A DNA stretch of 62,901 bases, taken from the NCBI GenBank assembly GCA_964625685.1, contig CAZVBO010000001.1, positions 1 through 62,901 of the forward strand. Direction: 5' to 3'. Each line of letters opens with the position of its first letter. The first letter of the stretch is position 1. The translations under genes were made by a program, and so were the position numbers. Positions 16,127 through 24,840 of this stretch are shown here, in pieces. The stretch comes from an uncultured Pseudomonadales bacterium (GTDB lineage: Bacteria > Patescibacteriota > Microgenomatia > UBA1400 > PJMF01). The notes under the pieces were generated by a model. The model searched no databases, was not told the DNA's origin, and saw only the letters and a program-made list of their open reading frames with translations.

Positions 16127-19042
16127 TTATAACATGATTCCCACGAAACTGTGAGTTGAGCGGTCATCAGTGAAAGAAACATGATCAGTAGCCACATCGG
16201 CTTGAGGAGCAATGAGTTTAGGAGATCGGCTTTGAGGATAAAAAATTTGAACCTCATGAGCATAATTCTCGGTCCCGGCTTGTTTTTGATCAAAGTAAAC
16301 ATAGGCCGCGTTATCTTGATCCAACACGGTTTCATTGAGGTGATATTTCAACTCTAGTACCACTTCCTGCTCGATTGGGACCTCGATCAACACTCCAAAC
16401 ACTGCCTTATTTTCTGCCTGAGAAATCTTCACCTTATCTTCAGATAAAACTTCTCCATTGAGCGAAATAGAATCAAAAACCGCTTTGGGGTCAGCATAAA
16501 ACCTTAAATAACTCTTGTATGATCCTTGTGGCCAGGCATTGGTAGCTGCGTCATTTTTAAAAGTAATGGTTCGCTGATGTTCTACTCCACTTTCAGTCAA
16601 ATGAATTTCCTCAGCCACCGTTCTTTTTAGGTCATAATTGGCTTTATTTACTCCTACGTTAGCCTCAACTTGAAACATCGTGTCAACCAGACAATTGTGA
16701 TCTGCAAATTGAACAGGACATTGAGGACTCAGGATTTTTCCCGACCAGCCTAATGACTCGAAAGTTGAAGTAAGTCCAGACTGAGCAAAACTTACCAACA
16801 GCTGATGTTGATTGAGTTGGTGGTTTATCACTCCTAATACTGGTAAAACTTTGTCATGAGGTACCAAGGATAAGGAATCCAGGGTTTTCTGAAGCAACAA
16901 ACTTAAATAGTCCGTCTGTTTTGAATTGTCCATCAGTTGAAGTTCTGAATGAAATTCGGTTCTTTCAAGCAGGTTTTTACTCGTCACCACCTCATTGTAT
17001 TCAGGTACATCTAAGGGACCAATCACTTCTAACAAGTCTCTCATTACTAATAAATTCATGCCTACTACTCCATCAATCTTCTTCCCGGTGGCTCGTTGAA
17101 ACATCCAAGATATCGTCTTTGCACTTTCTTCAAAATCAGGATTCCAATTGGCATCTCTGAAGTAGAGTTGGTTTTCGCCCAGATACTGTTGGATTTCTGG
17201 CGGAACTTCCGTCTCTCCAGTCAACATTGAGTCAATCTGATAGCTGGTGAAAACTTGTTTATCAATCAAAACTCCTTTATCAATCGTGATTAATGCCATG
17301 GTTTGGAGGAAACCTCCTGTTGGCCTTAGTTCCTGATTATCTTGAAGTAAAACCAGATAGTTTTTTCGCTCTTGTTGTCCAAACAGTTCCGGCACAACAG
17401 GAGTAAGTTGTTGAATTTCAACCAGTTGGGACTTAAGTTTCTCAATTTCTCGAGTAGTGCTATTAAGTTGTGGTGAATCAGCAAGACCCATTGATTCCAG
17501 TGAGGCACTTAATAAAGAAATGTCTTTATAGGCCAGTTCAGCCTGTTTTTTAATTTCTAAAGAAATTTCAAAGACATCCCCTGATTGCGTTCCAATAAAA
17601 CTTTCATAAAAAGAGATTAGGTTTTTTTCTAAAAGTGACCTCGAGTTAGTAATAGCATCTACAGAACTTCCTGCTTCAACCAAAAGTCTGGATCCGGTAA
17701 ACCAGCTACTCGTGAGCACAGTTTGATAAGCTTGATTTTGAATCTGCAAAAAAGAGGTCCAGAAACTGAGTTTTTTTGTTTGAACTTCAGATGTTTCTGT
17801 CGGTTGACTCCACTGAGTGAGATTCTGTAATAAAGCTCTTTTAACAAGTTGATTGGAAATAAAAAAGATCCCAGATAGAATAATGACCGCCGCTCCCACT
17901 CCTACAAACACCATTCCCCCAATAAAAGCGGTGCTTTTCTTTTTATTCTTGCGTTTAATGTTCTTAGTTTTAACCGCCAACTGATTGATCCGATTCGTCT
18001 TATGAGAAACCTGATTGACTGAAAACAGCTTGTCAACGGCTTGCTCCAACTGTTCTTCCGTCTGTTTTGGAGGCGTTTTTTTTGACGGTTTAACTGCTTC
18101 CGAAATGGTTACATTTTGTTGTTTTTTGAGACCTTTTTCTCTTTCACGTGTTAGCCTGGTGGTGATATTTACCACATCTGGAGCCACTTCGGACTTTTTC
18201 ACCGTTTTTTCTATGGTTTTGGACGTTGGTTTGGGGATAGTATTTGACGTTATTTGACTCTCTTTTTGCAGGGTTAAGTTTTTAAGTAACGGCAATAAAA
18301 AATTCAACGAGTACTTCGGAGACACCTCAAAGGTTTTTGGTTCTAACATTTTCAGGTTTTGTGACTGAAATTGAATCTCCTCTACTCCAAACATTTGACC
18401 AAATTCTTGTTTAAACAATTTACAGAGTTGTTGAATCACTTTTTCAGTTGGCTCAGAATGTCCTTGAATCAGATACGTTTCTCCATGCCAAGGTGAAATA
18501 AAAACTTGAGATGCTTTTTCTAAAAAGGTGGCTAAATTAAGTGGATTCCAATTTGTAATTGGTTTTTTAAATTGATATAAAGCTGTTTTTTTATTATTCT
18601 TCAGAAAATCTGAAAGGAAGTAAGGCAATTCAAACTCTAAAATATTTGTTCCTAGACACACTGTTAACTGGGGATTTTCTCGACGAAGTTGTTCATATTC
18701 GGTCAACAGATCTGATTGAGACTGTTGCCACTGACCTAGTGGAGTGGGTGTTAAAAGAGGGAAGAGACGTAACCAAAGTTTTGACTCATTCCTTTTGGCC
18801 AACCACTGGGCTATTTTTTGTCGTTGAGAACCATCAAGTGGTTGATAGCCTTCGATGAGAGCAATCTTATAAAACGAGTGAGTTTTGAACGATTCGAGTT
18901 GAGTGGGTAAGCACACGGTAGTATTAAAACCGTTTTTTTCAAAGATTTGACTGATTTGAACTACCAAAGGTTGATCTTGGGCAATGAGTAAAACAGCTGG
19001 TTTTTCATCAGTGGTTTGAACCACCAAGTTATCTGAGACCAT
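16127..19042 (-). CDS. DUF4012 domain-containing large membrane-anchored protein
   Basis: 971-aa ORF with a central TM helix. NYLVLLQDNQELRPTGGFLQTMALITIDKG is the DUF4012 signature. Confidence 0.7.
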   Translation of the reverse strand: MVSDNLVVQTTDEKPAVLLIAQDQPLVVQISQIFEKNGFNTTVCLPTQLESFKTHSFYKIALIEGYQPLDGSQRQKIAQWLAKRNESKLWLRLFPLLTPTPLGQWQQSQSDLLTEYEQLRRENPQLTVCLGTNILEFELPYFLSDFLKNNKKTALYQFKKPITNWNPLNLATFLEKASQVFISPWHGETYLIQGHSEPTEKVIQQLCKLFKQEFGQMFGVEEIQFQSQNLKMLEPKTFEVSPKYSLNFLLPLLKNLTLQKESQITSNTIPKPTSKTIEKTVKKSEVAPDVVNITTRLTREREKGLKKQQNVTISEAVKPSKKTPPKQTEEQLEQAVDKLFSVNQVSHKTNRINQLAVKTKNIKRKNKKKSTAFIGGMVFVGVGAAVIILSGIFFISNQLVKRALLQNLTQWSQPTETSEVQTKKLSFWTSFLQIQNQAYQTVLTSSWFTGSRLLVEAGSSVDAITNSRSLLEKNLISFYESFIGTQSGDVFEISLEIKKQAELAYKDISLLSASLESMGLADSPQLNSTTREIEKLKSQLVEIQQLTPVVPELFGQQERKNYLVLLQDNQELRPTGGFLQTMALITIDKGVLIDKQVFTSYQIDSMLTGETEVPPEIQQYLGENQLYFRDANWNPDFEESAKTISWMFQRATGKKIDGVVGMNLLVMRDLLEVIGPLDVPEYNEVVTSKNLLERTEFHSELQLMDNSKQTDYLSLLLQKTLDSLSLVPHDKVLPVLGVINHQLNQHQLLVSFAQSGLTSTFESLGWSGKILSPQCPVQFADHNCLVDTMFQVEANVGVNKANYDLKRTVAEEIHLTESGVEHQRTITFKNDAATNAWPQGSYKSYLRFYADPKAVFDSISLNGEVLSEDKVKISQAENKAVFGVLIEVPIEQEVVLELKYHLNETVLDQDNAAYVYFDQKQAGTENYAHEVQIFYPQSRSPKLIAPQADVATDHVSFTDDRSTHSFVGIML

Positions 19043-19049
19043 GAATTCT

Positions 19050-19055
19050 ATTGTA
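19050..19055 (-). promoter_or_regulatory. -10 hexamer TACAAT 7 nt upstream of the ATG of 16127..19042 (leaderless candidate)
   Basis: The minus strand reads TACAAT agaattc ATG. Confidence 0.45.
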
Positions 19056-19088
19056 GAGAGTATTAAAAGGGTTTCACAAGTAACAGAG

Positions 19089-19502
19089 TTAGGCTAAATC
19101 CATAGCCTGGTTAGCGAGTTCATCAGCCCGTTGGTTCATTTCACGACGAACATGTTCAATAGAGTAGGGAACTACTAATTGAGCCAACAACTCCCAAATG
19201 TGGTGAGCAAATTGTTGCATTCTAGGTTCTTTTATTTTCCAATTTTTGTTTAATTGTTCTACCACTAGTTTTGAGTCTAGTTGCCAAGTTATTTGAGAAA
19301 CTTGATTTCGCTGGGAGTAGGGGAGTAGCCATTCTAACGAAACTTTAAATGCCGTATATTCCGCTTCATTATTTGTAGCTGTTCCTAGAAGCTGTGATGC
19401 TTCAAAAACGGTATTTCCTTGCTCGTCCACAACATTGATCCCGATCCCAGCTATTCCCGGATTTCCACGTGATCCGCCGTCTGTGTGAATAGTTAATTTC
19501 AT
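19089..19502 (-). CDS. rnhA: Ribonuclease HI
   Basis: 137-aa ORF with TDGGSRGNPGIAGIG...NNEAEYTA...ADELAN, carrying the DEDD catalytic pattern. Confidence 0.85.
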   Translation of the reverse strand: MKLTIHTDGGSRGNPGIAGIGINVVDEQGNTVFEASQLLGTATNNEAEYTAFKVSLEWLLPYSQRNQVSQITWQLDSKLVVEQLNKNWKIKEPRMQQFAHHIWELLAQLVVPYSIEHVRREMNQRADELANQAMDLA

Positions 19503-19540
19503 TGTTTTGTGATTAATGATTAATATTTAAAAATCTAAGT

Positions 19541-19640
19541 TACAAATTTCAAATTTTAAAAATCAAACAAGTTCCAAATTTCAAGTTCCAAACAAAGATT
19601 AAAATCCAATTTTGAAATTCCAATTTTTCTGGTTTTGAGC
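19541..19640. repeat. A/T-rich UUCCAAA-type repeat (intergenic copy)
   Basis: CAAATTTCAAATT...AAGTTCCAAATTTCAAGTTCCAAAC...GAAATTCCAATTTTTCTGGTTTT. It shares AAATTCCAATTTTTCTGG(C/T)TTT with 34870-34892. Confidence 0.6.
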
Positions 19641-19713
19641 TGCCTTTACCTTTATCCCTCTAATCCTCTATCCCTTTAACACTGTATTGCTTTTGGCTTT
19701 TGATAATTGGAAT

Positions 19714-20166
19714 TTATTTTCCTTTTGGCCGGATAACTAAACGTCGGTTTTGACCCTCTCCCTCCGAGACACTCTCTAGAGACTCGAATTCAGAGTGGGA
19801 AGACAATTCCGAATGGACAAAAAATCGTTCGTTGGCTGGCAGATAGGGGAATACATATTCATCGCCAATTTCTAACACTTTCTGGGCGATATTCATGGTC
19901 ATTTCCCGTAGTTTTTCTTCTCGGCGTTCTTTATAGTCATTGATATTTAACACAAATCGATGTGTTAACTCATCCTTAAAAACCAATCGGACCATTCGTT
20001 GCAACGCCGCTAAAGTTTCACCATGATAGCCAATTAAAATTCCTACATCACTCTCATCAACTTTTATTTGAGCTTGAGTTTCTTCGTCAGTTTCGGTTAC
20101 CACCACTTCATAGTTCTCAATTCCTGTATGGGCTAGTAACCGAGAAAGATATTCTTCTATTGTCAT
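19714..20166 (-). CDS. jag: Jag/KhpB-like KH + R3H RNA-binding protein
   Basis: 150-aa ORF with IGYHGETLAALQ (KH) and a C-terminal ...GEGQNRRLVIRPKG (R3H). It lies immediately downstream of yidC. Confidence 0.8.
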   Translation of the reverse strand: MTIEEYLSRLLAHTGIENYEVVVTETDEETQAQIKVDESDVGILIGYHGETLAALQRMVRLVFKDELTHRFVLNINDYKERREEKLREMTMNIAQKVLEIGDEYVFPYLPANERFFVHSELSSHSEFESLESVSEGEGQNRRLVIRPKGK

Positions 20167-20188
20167 AATTATGACTCCCTTCTCTTGA

Positions 20189-20953
20189 TTATTTCAGTTT
20201 CGTTTGAAGTGTTTGACGGGCTCGCTGCCAATAAGACACTAACCCACCTGGGCCAGATATAGCCCATTGTTGACCAATACTAAACACCGTGGTGGCAACC
20301 CAATAAAGAGCCAATCCAGATGGAAATGTGGCTGCAAAGAAACCAGTCATAATAGGCATAATAAACAACATCTGCTTTTGCATACTAGCGGCCATTTCCG
20401 CAATGTTTTCTTCTTTTTTATTTGCCTGCTGTACTTTTTTACTTTTACTTTGATTGGGTACCACATCTTTGACTTGACCACCAGGAAGAATCATGACTGA
20501 TAAAACCAATTGAGTTACACCAGCCAGGACTGGCAAAATATACCAGGGATCTGGTTTAGCTAAATCCAGCCACAAGAAACGAGTATTCACGGCGATGCCT
20601 AAAGATTCTGGATGACGAAAAACACCAATAATCACTTGATAGAGTACAATGAGCAATCCCAGTTGGACTAATTGAGGTAAACAACCGGCTAAAGGATTCA
20701 CATTGTATTCTTGAAAGAGCTGTGTTTTTTTGAGTTGGAGTTCCTGAGAAGACCCTTTGTGTTTGCGTTCTAATTCTTTGATTTTGGGTTGGAGTTCTTG
20801 AACTTTTTTCTGAGCTTTCATTGATTTCACTGACAAAGGTAACAATAAAGCTCGAACTAAAATCGTAAATAAAATAATAACCACACCCAAGTCACCCACA
20901 ACTTGGTACATCGCAATCAAAATTTCTAAAATGGGGGTAGTAATAAAATTCAT
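20189..20953 (-). CDS. yidC: Membrane protein insertase YidC (short Gram-positive-type form)
   Basis: 254-aa ORF with NPLAGCLPQLVQLGLLIVLYQVI and 5 TM helices, in rnpA-yidD-yidC-jag synteny. Confidence 0.85.
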   Translation of the reverse strand: MNFITTPILEILIAMYQVVGDLGVVIILFTILVRALLLPLSVKSMKAQKKVQELQPKIKELERKHKGSSQELQLKKTQLFQEYNVNPLAGCLPQLVQLGLLIVLYQVIIGVFRHPESLGIAVNTRFLWLDLAKPDPWYILPVLAGVTQLVLSVMILPGGQVKDVVPNQSKSKKVQQANKKEENIAEMAASMQKQMLFIMPIMTGFFAATFPSGLALYWVATTVFSIGQQWAISGPGGLVSYWQRARQTLQTKLK

Positions 20954-20956
20954 AGT

Positions 20957-21169
20957 TTAATAGCAGTGACTGACTCTTAAGACTCCTTTATACAATCCTC
21001 GAATTGTACCATGTTGTTGGATCTGTTGAATTGTATATTCACTACAGCTAGGTGTATGGTGACAAACACTGACCGTTCCAAATACAGAGTGGAGAAGAGG
21101 ATAACTTAACCGCTTCATTTGACGGCTAACTTTAATAAAAACAATAGCGAGTTTTTGAGTACTAGTCAT
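20957..21169 (-). CDS. yidD: Membrane protein insertion efficiency factor YidD
   Basis: 70-aa ORF with CHHTPSCSEYTIQQIQQHG...RVSHC. Confidence 0.8.
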   Translation of the reverse strand: MTSTQKLAIVFIKVSRQMKRLSYPLLHSVFGTVSVCHHTPSCSEYTIQQIQQHGTIRGLYKGVLRVSHCY

Positions 21170-21497
21170 ATCGGTTAACTTGATTCACTGTTTGCTGTAA
21201 CTCTTTTCTAACCTGATCAGTTGATAAGTTCTTAACCGATTTTTTAACACTCAAAACAAGTTGCTTGTGTTTGAGTTTTGGCATAAGAGGTTGAAGGGTA
21301 GAAGTAAGCAATCGTTTCATTGCATTCCGTTGGGTAGCCTTGGTAAATTGTTTTTTTGGCACGATTACCGTAACTTGAGAATTCTCGGGCGTTGATTTTA
21401 CCCAAATAGTCCAGTACGGACTAAAAAGCCGATGAGATTGTTTAAAGAAATTCGGGAGAGCACGAAGGTGTAGTTGATTTGGTTTAGGTAACACCAT
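21162..21497 (-). CDS. rnpA: Ribonuclease P protein component
   Basis: The ORF extends to 21545 but would then overlap rpmH, so the ATG at 21497 (MVLPKPNQLHL...) is preferred. The protein is basic and lies between rpmH and yidD. Confidence 0.7.
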   Translation of the reverse strand: MVLPKPNQLHLRALPNFFKQSHRLFSPYWTIWVKSTPENSQVTVIVPKKQFTKATQRNAMKRLLTSTLQPLMPKLKHKQLVLSVKKSVKNLSTDQVRKELQQTVNQVNRYD

Positions 21498-21525
21498 CTT
21501 CACTTTAAAAGTGGAGAAATTAGGC

Positions 21526-21675
21526 TTACTTGCCTTTTTTGACAACGGTAAGTTTCACTCGGCCTTTTTGACGACGACGCTTTAACACGAGTCGACCAGC
21601 TCGAGTAAACATTCGAGACAAGAAACCATGTTTCTTCATCCGTTTATATTTTTTAGGATTCCAAGTTCTTTTCAT
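21526..21675 (-). CDS. rpmH: 50S ribosomal protein L34 (below the ORF-track size cutoff)
   Basis: Hand translation gives [49 protein letters not shown]. The SD AAGGAG lies 8 nt upstream and a TATAAT -10 lies further upstream. Confidence 0.9.
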   Translation of the reverse strand: MKRTWNPKKYKRMKKHGFLSRMFTRAGRLVLKRRRQKGRVKLTVVKKGK

Positions 21676-21748
21676 GAAAGTAACTCCTTCTGTTTCGTTT
21701 TCGAAAGTTGAATTATATCAAGAAAAAAGAATTCTGCCAAATCAAGCT

Positions 21749-22855
21749 TTAAACATCATCATTCACTTTAAATGGCATGGCTATATAGCGGTATTGTGAC
21801 AGATCTTCCGGCCGAAATAAAGCTGGTTGTAAGCTTTCATTCATCCCAAACCAAACTTTCTCTGTTTTAAAGGCATTCAGGAAATCTAAAATATATTGAG
21901 CATTAAAAGCAATCATCGTTGGTTCTGCTACTACGCTATCAAGTAAAACAGTGCTTTCATGATTGCCTAAGGATGGAGAAGAGGCAACCACTCTCAGTTG
22001 ATTTTCTTCAAAATATAATCGGACTATGTTGGATGTTTCTCGAGCAAAAACCAAAGCTGCTTTTAAAGCCTGACTAAGTTGAACTCCATCAAGGATTAAT
22101 TGAGTTTTAAAATCAGCGGGAATAATTTTTTTGTAAGGGGGAAATTCACCTTCCATTAATCGGATAATCATCTCGGTATCACCAAATGAACAAAAAACCT
22201 GTTTTAGTTCTGTTGACACGGTGAGAGTGATACTTTCAGAGTCAACCTTTGCATACAAACGAGTAATTTCTGTAAGTGATTTGGCAGGTAATAACAAATC
22301 AGGAAGTGAAGATGATTCTGAAAATTGAAGCGTTGCCAACCGAAAGCCATCAGTAGCGACTACTTCCATGTGATCTTCGAATTTAAAAAGAACAGCCGTT
22401 AAAATTGGTCTGCTATCATCCTTGGCGGTGGCAATACTCACTGTGTTCACAATTTGATCAAAGTCTGACTTAGAAAGAGTCAAGGATTCGCCTTGTTTCG
22501 TTGGGAATTGAGGATATTCATCAATAGAAAAAGTTTGCAAAGTTGAGGTACTCCGGTCATCACGAATAATAAGTTGAGACTCTTTCGTTTCGAGAATAAT
22601 AGTCCCTGAACCAAGTGTGGAAACAATGTCGCTCAGAGTTTTGGCAGGAATAGCGACTGTTCCCTCTGATTCCACTGAACCCAATACTTGGGTTTTAATT
22701 CCCGTAAATAAATCAGTAGCAAACAAAGTAATTTTACCCTGTTCTGCTTGGAGTAAAACGGCTTGTAGAATGGGTAACTGAGGATTACTAGGAATCACTC
22801 TTTTAACATCGTTTAACGCTTGTTTAAGGTTTGCTTGTTTAACACTGAGTTTCAT
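21749..22855 (-). CDS. dnaN: DNA polymerase III beta subunit (sliding clamp)
   Basis: 368-aa ORF immediately downstream of dnaA, with typical length and a three-domain pattern (MKLSVKQANLKQAL...PILQAVLL...). Confidence 0.85.
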   Translation of the reverse strand: MKLSVKQANLKQALNDVKRVIPSNPQLPILQAVLLQAEQGKITLFATDLFTGIKTQVLGSVESEGTVAIPAKTLSDIVSTLGSGTIILETKESQLIIRDDRSTSTLQTFSIDEYPQFPTKQGESLTLSKSDFDQIVNTVSIATAKDDSRPILTAVLFKFEDHMEVVATDGFRLATLQFSESSSLPDLLLPAKSLTEITRLYAKVDSESITLTVSTELKQVFCSFGDTEMIIRLMEGEFPPYKKIIPADFKTQLILDGVQLSQALKAALVFARETSNIVRLYFEENQLRVVASSPSLGNHESTVLLDSVVAEPTMIAFNAQYILDFLNAFKTEKVWFGMNESLQPALFRPEDLSQYRYIAMPFKVNDDV

Positions 22856-23121
22856 GATTTTTTGTTTTTCACTTGTTGTGTTTTTTTATTATATAAATTT
22901 AGTAGCTGTAGTAATAGGGGTGTGTCTAAGTGTATAAATATTCGATTTTTATTCAAGTTACTTGCTTCAAATAATCGTGTATTACGTCTCTAAAACGTGT
23001 GTCCTGGTCGTTAATTATTTGTTTTAAAAGGTGCATAAATATATTTTATGGTTGTTACTTTTTCACTTTTGGTAATTTTTTGCCACATTTTATGCACAAA
23101 GTTTTCCACAACTGTGGAAAA
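22856..23121. other. oriC candidate: AT-rich dnaA-dnaN spacer with clustered DnaA boxes
   Basis: Boxes are TTATGCACA (23090-23098), TTTTCCACA (23102-23110) and inverted TGTGGAAAA (23113-23121). Degenerate boxes lie at 22921-22937 and 23030-23038. An AT-rich tract spans 22860-22905. Confidence 0.6.
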
Positions 23122-24651
23122 CTACTTAGAAATTGCCTTGAGTGACATTTTTATAGCTGACAATTCTTGACGAAGCCGGTCATCAACCTGACTTTGCGAC
23201 TCAATTTTATTAAAAGCGTGCATGGCACTGGTGTGGTCTCGGTTGGAGAACCACCGGCCAATTTCGGTATAAGGCATATCTAATTCTTTTTTGAGAAAAT
23301 ACATGGCAATGTGGCGGGCATGTACGATTGATTTTTGTCGTTTAACTCCCTTTACTTCCACTTGTTTGATGTGAAAATGATTGGCAACAGACTTAATTAA
23401 GTCTGTTGGCGAAACTCGTAATTTTTCAACTGTTTGAAACTGAATTTCATTGGAAAAATTTAAAATTTCGGTAACTAATTCTTTGGTAATTTCTCGGTGT
23501 TTAAGTTCAACCTCTGATCGTAAACTGGAGATGATTCCTTCAATTTTACGGGCACTGTCTACTTTGGAAGCGATGAGTTGAGCAATATCCATAGGCACTT
23601 CAAGATGATGTGCTTTGGCTTTAATCAATAAAATTGCAGTTCTCAATTCAAAACTGGGTTGTTGGATATCAATCATTAAACCAGCCTCAAAACGGGATCT
23701 AAGTCGATCTTCTAATAAATTAATTTCATGAGGTGGCCGATCAGAAGTCATCACAATTTGACCCTGTTGCTTAATAATAGAATTAAAGGTATGAAAAAAC
23801 TCTTCTTGAACAGCATTTTTCCCGGCAATAAACTGGACATCGTCGATTAACAAAACTTCAACATTTCGATACTTGGCTTTAAACTGAATTGTCTTTTTAT
23901 TTTGAATTGAACTTACGATTTCATTTGTAAATTCTTCGCCAGTACAGTATAAAACTTTAACTTCAGGATTGTTAAACAAAATATTACTGCCAATGGCTTG
24001 CATCAAGTGAGTTTTACCAACGCCCACACCCCCATAGAAAAAAAGTGGGTTATATGCTGTCCCAGGATTTTGAGACACCGCACTGGCGGCCGCATGGGCC
24101 ATTTCATTGGTTGTAGAAACAGCAAACGTAGTGAAAGTGTAATCTGGTCTTAAGCCAGCTTTTTTGATAGCGAACTCAGCTTGAGAAATAGTATTCTGCT
24201 GGAGAGTCTGAGGTGAGAACAAATCTTCGACTCGGGGAGATTGAACCTCGTGGTTGGAGGGCTTTGGAGACGAAGTTGAAAAGGATACTTGAGATGAGGA
24301 AATTTCTTCAAAGGGAGTTTGAAATGAAGTTTTTTTCTTAATGGTAGGCTGGGTTATGGGAGAACCAATTTCAAACAATAATGTAGCTGTTTTACCAGTT
24401 ACGCGCTGAATAGCGGCCTCAATTTCACTTTGGAGATTTTTTTTAATATTAGTAGCGTGGAAAGCGGTGGGACAAGTGATGGTGGCCGTAGCTTGAGTTT
24501 CATTGATGACTTCGAATTTGGTGAGCGGATTAGACACTATCCAAAAGTTAAAAACTGCAGGCGAAACTTTCAGCTCGAGATCAGCACAAACCTGTTTCCA
24601 AATTTGTTGAACCGAAGAATTTGTTTGAGAATCAATAGTGTCAACGCTCAT
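23122..24651 (-). CDS. dnaA: Chromosomal replication initiator protein DnaA
   Basis: 509-aa ORF with Walker A GGVGVGKTHL, box VII and a C-terminal DNA-binding helix (RDHTSAMHAFNKI). Confidence 0.95.
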   Translation of the reverse strand: MSVDTIDSQTNSSVQQIWKQVCADLELKVSPAVFNFWIVSNPLTKFEVINETQATATITCPTAFHATNIKKNLQSEIEAAIQRVTGKTATLLFEIGSPITQPTIKKKTSFQTPFEEISSSQVSFSTSSPKPSNHEVQSPRVEDLFSPQTLQQNTISQAEFAIKKAGLRPDYTFTTFAVSTTNEMAHAAASAVSQNPGTAYNPLFFYGGVGVGKTHLMQAIGSNILFNNPEVKVLYCTGEEFTNEIVSSIQNKKTIQFKAKYRNVEVLLIDDVQFIAGKNAVQEEFFHTFNSIIKQQGQIVMTSDRPPHEINLLEDRLRSRFEAGLMIDIQQPSFELRTAILLIKAKAHHLEVPMDIAQLIASKVDSARKIEGIISSLRSEVELKHREITKELVTEILNFSNEIQFQTVEKLRVSPTDLIKSVANHFHIKQVEVKGVKRQKSIVHARHIAMYFLKKELDMPYTEIGRWFSNRDHTSAMHAFNKIESQSQVDDRLRQELSAIKMSLKAISK

Positions 24652-24840
24652 AGTTGTTTAAGCACCCATCAAGGCAGAAAATAATGGCAATAAGTTGATT
24701 TTGGGCAGAAGAATGTGGTGTTGTTATACACAAAGTTTTCCACAATTGTCAAAGGTCAAAACTGACAACTTAAAACTAGAGGCTAAAACTACACTACCAG
24801 TGGCTAGAGTTTATGAAATTTGTAATTTGTCTTTTGGAAT
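24652..24840. other. dnaA upstream region with DnaA boxes (autoregulation or a second oriC module)
   Basis: TTATACACA (24724-24732) and TTTTCCACA (24736-24744). The 22-mer TTAT(A/G)CACAAAGTTTTCCACAA is duplicated at 23090-23111. Confidence 0.5.
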
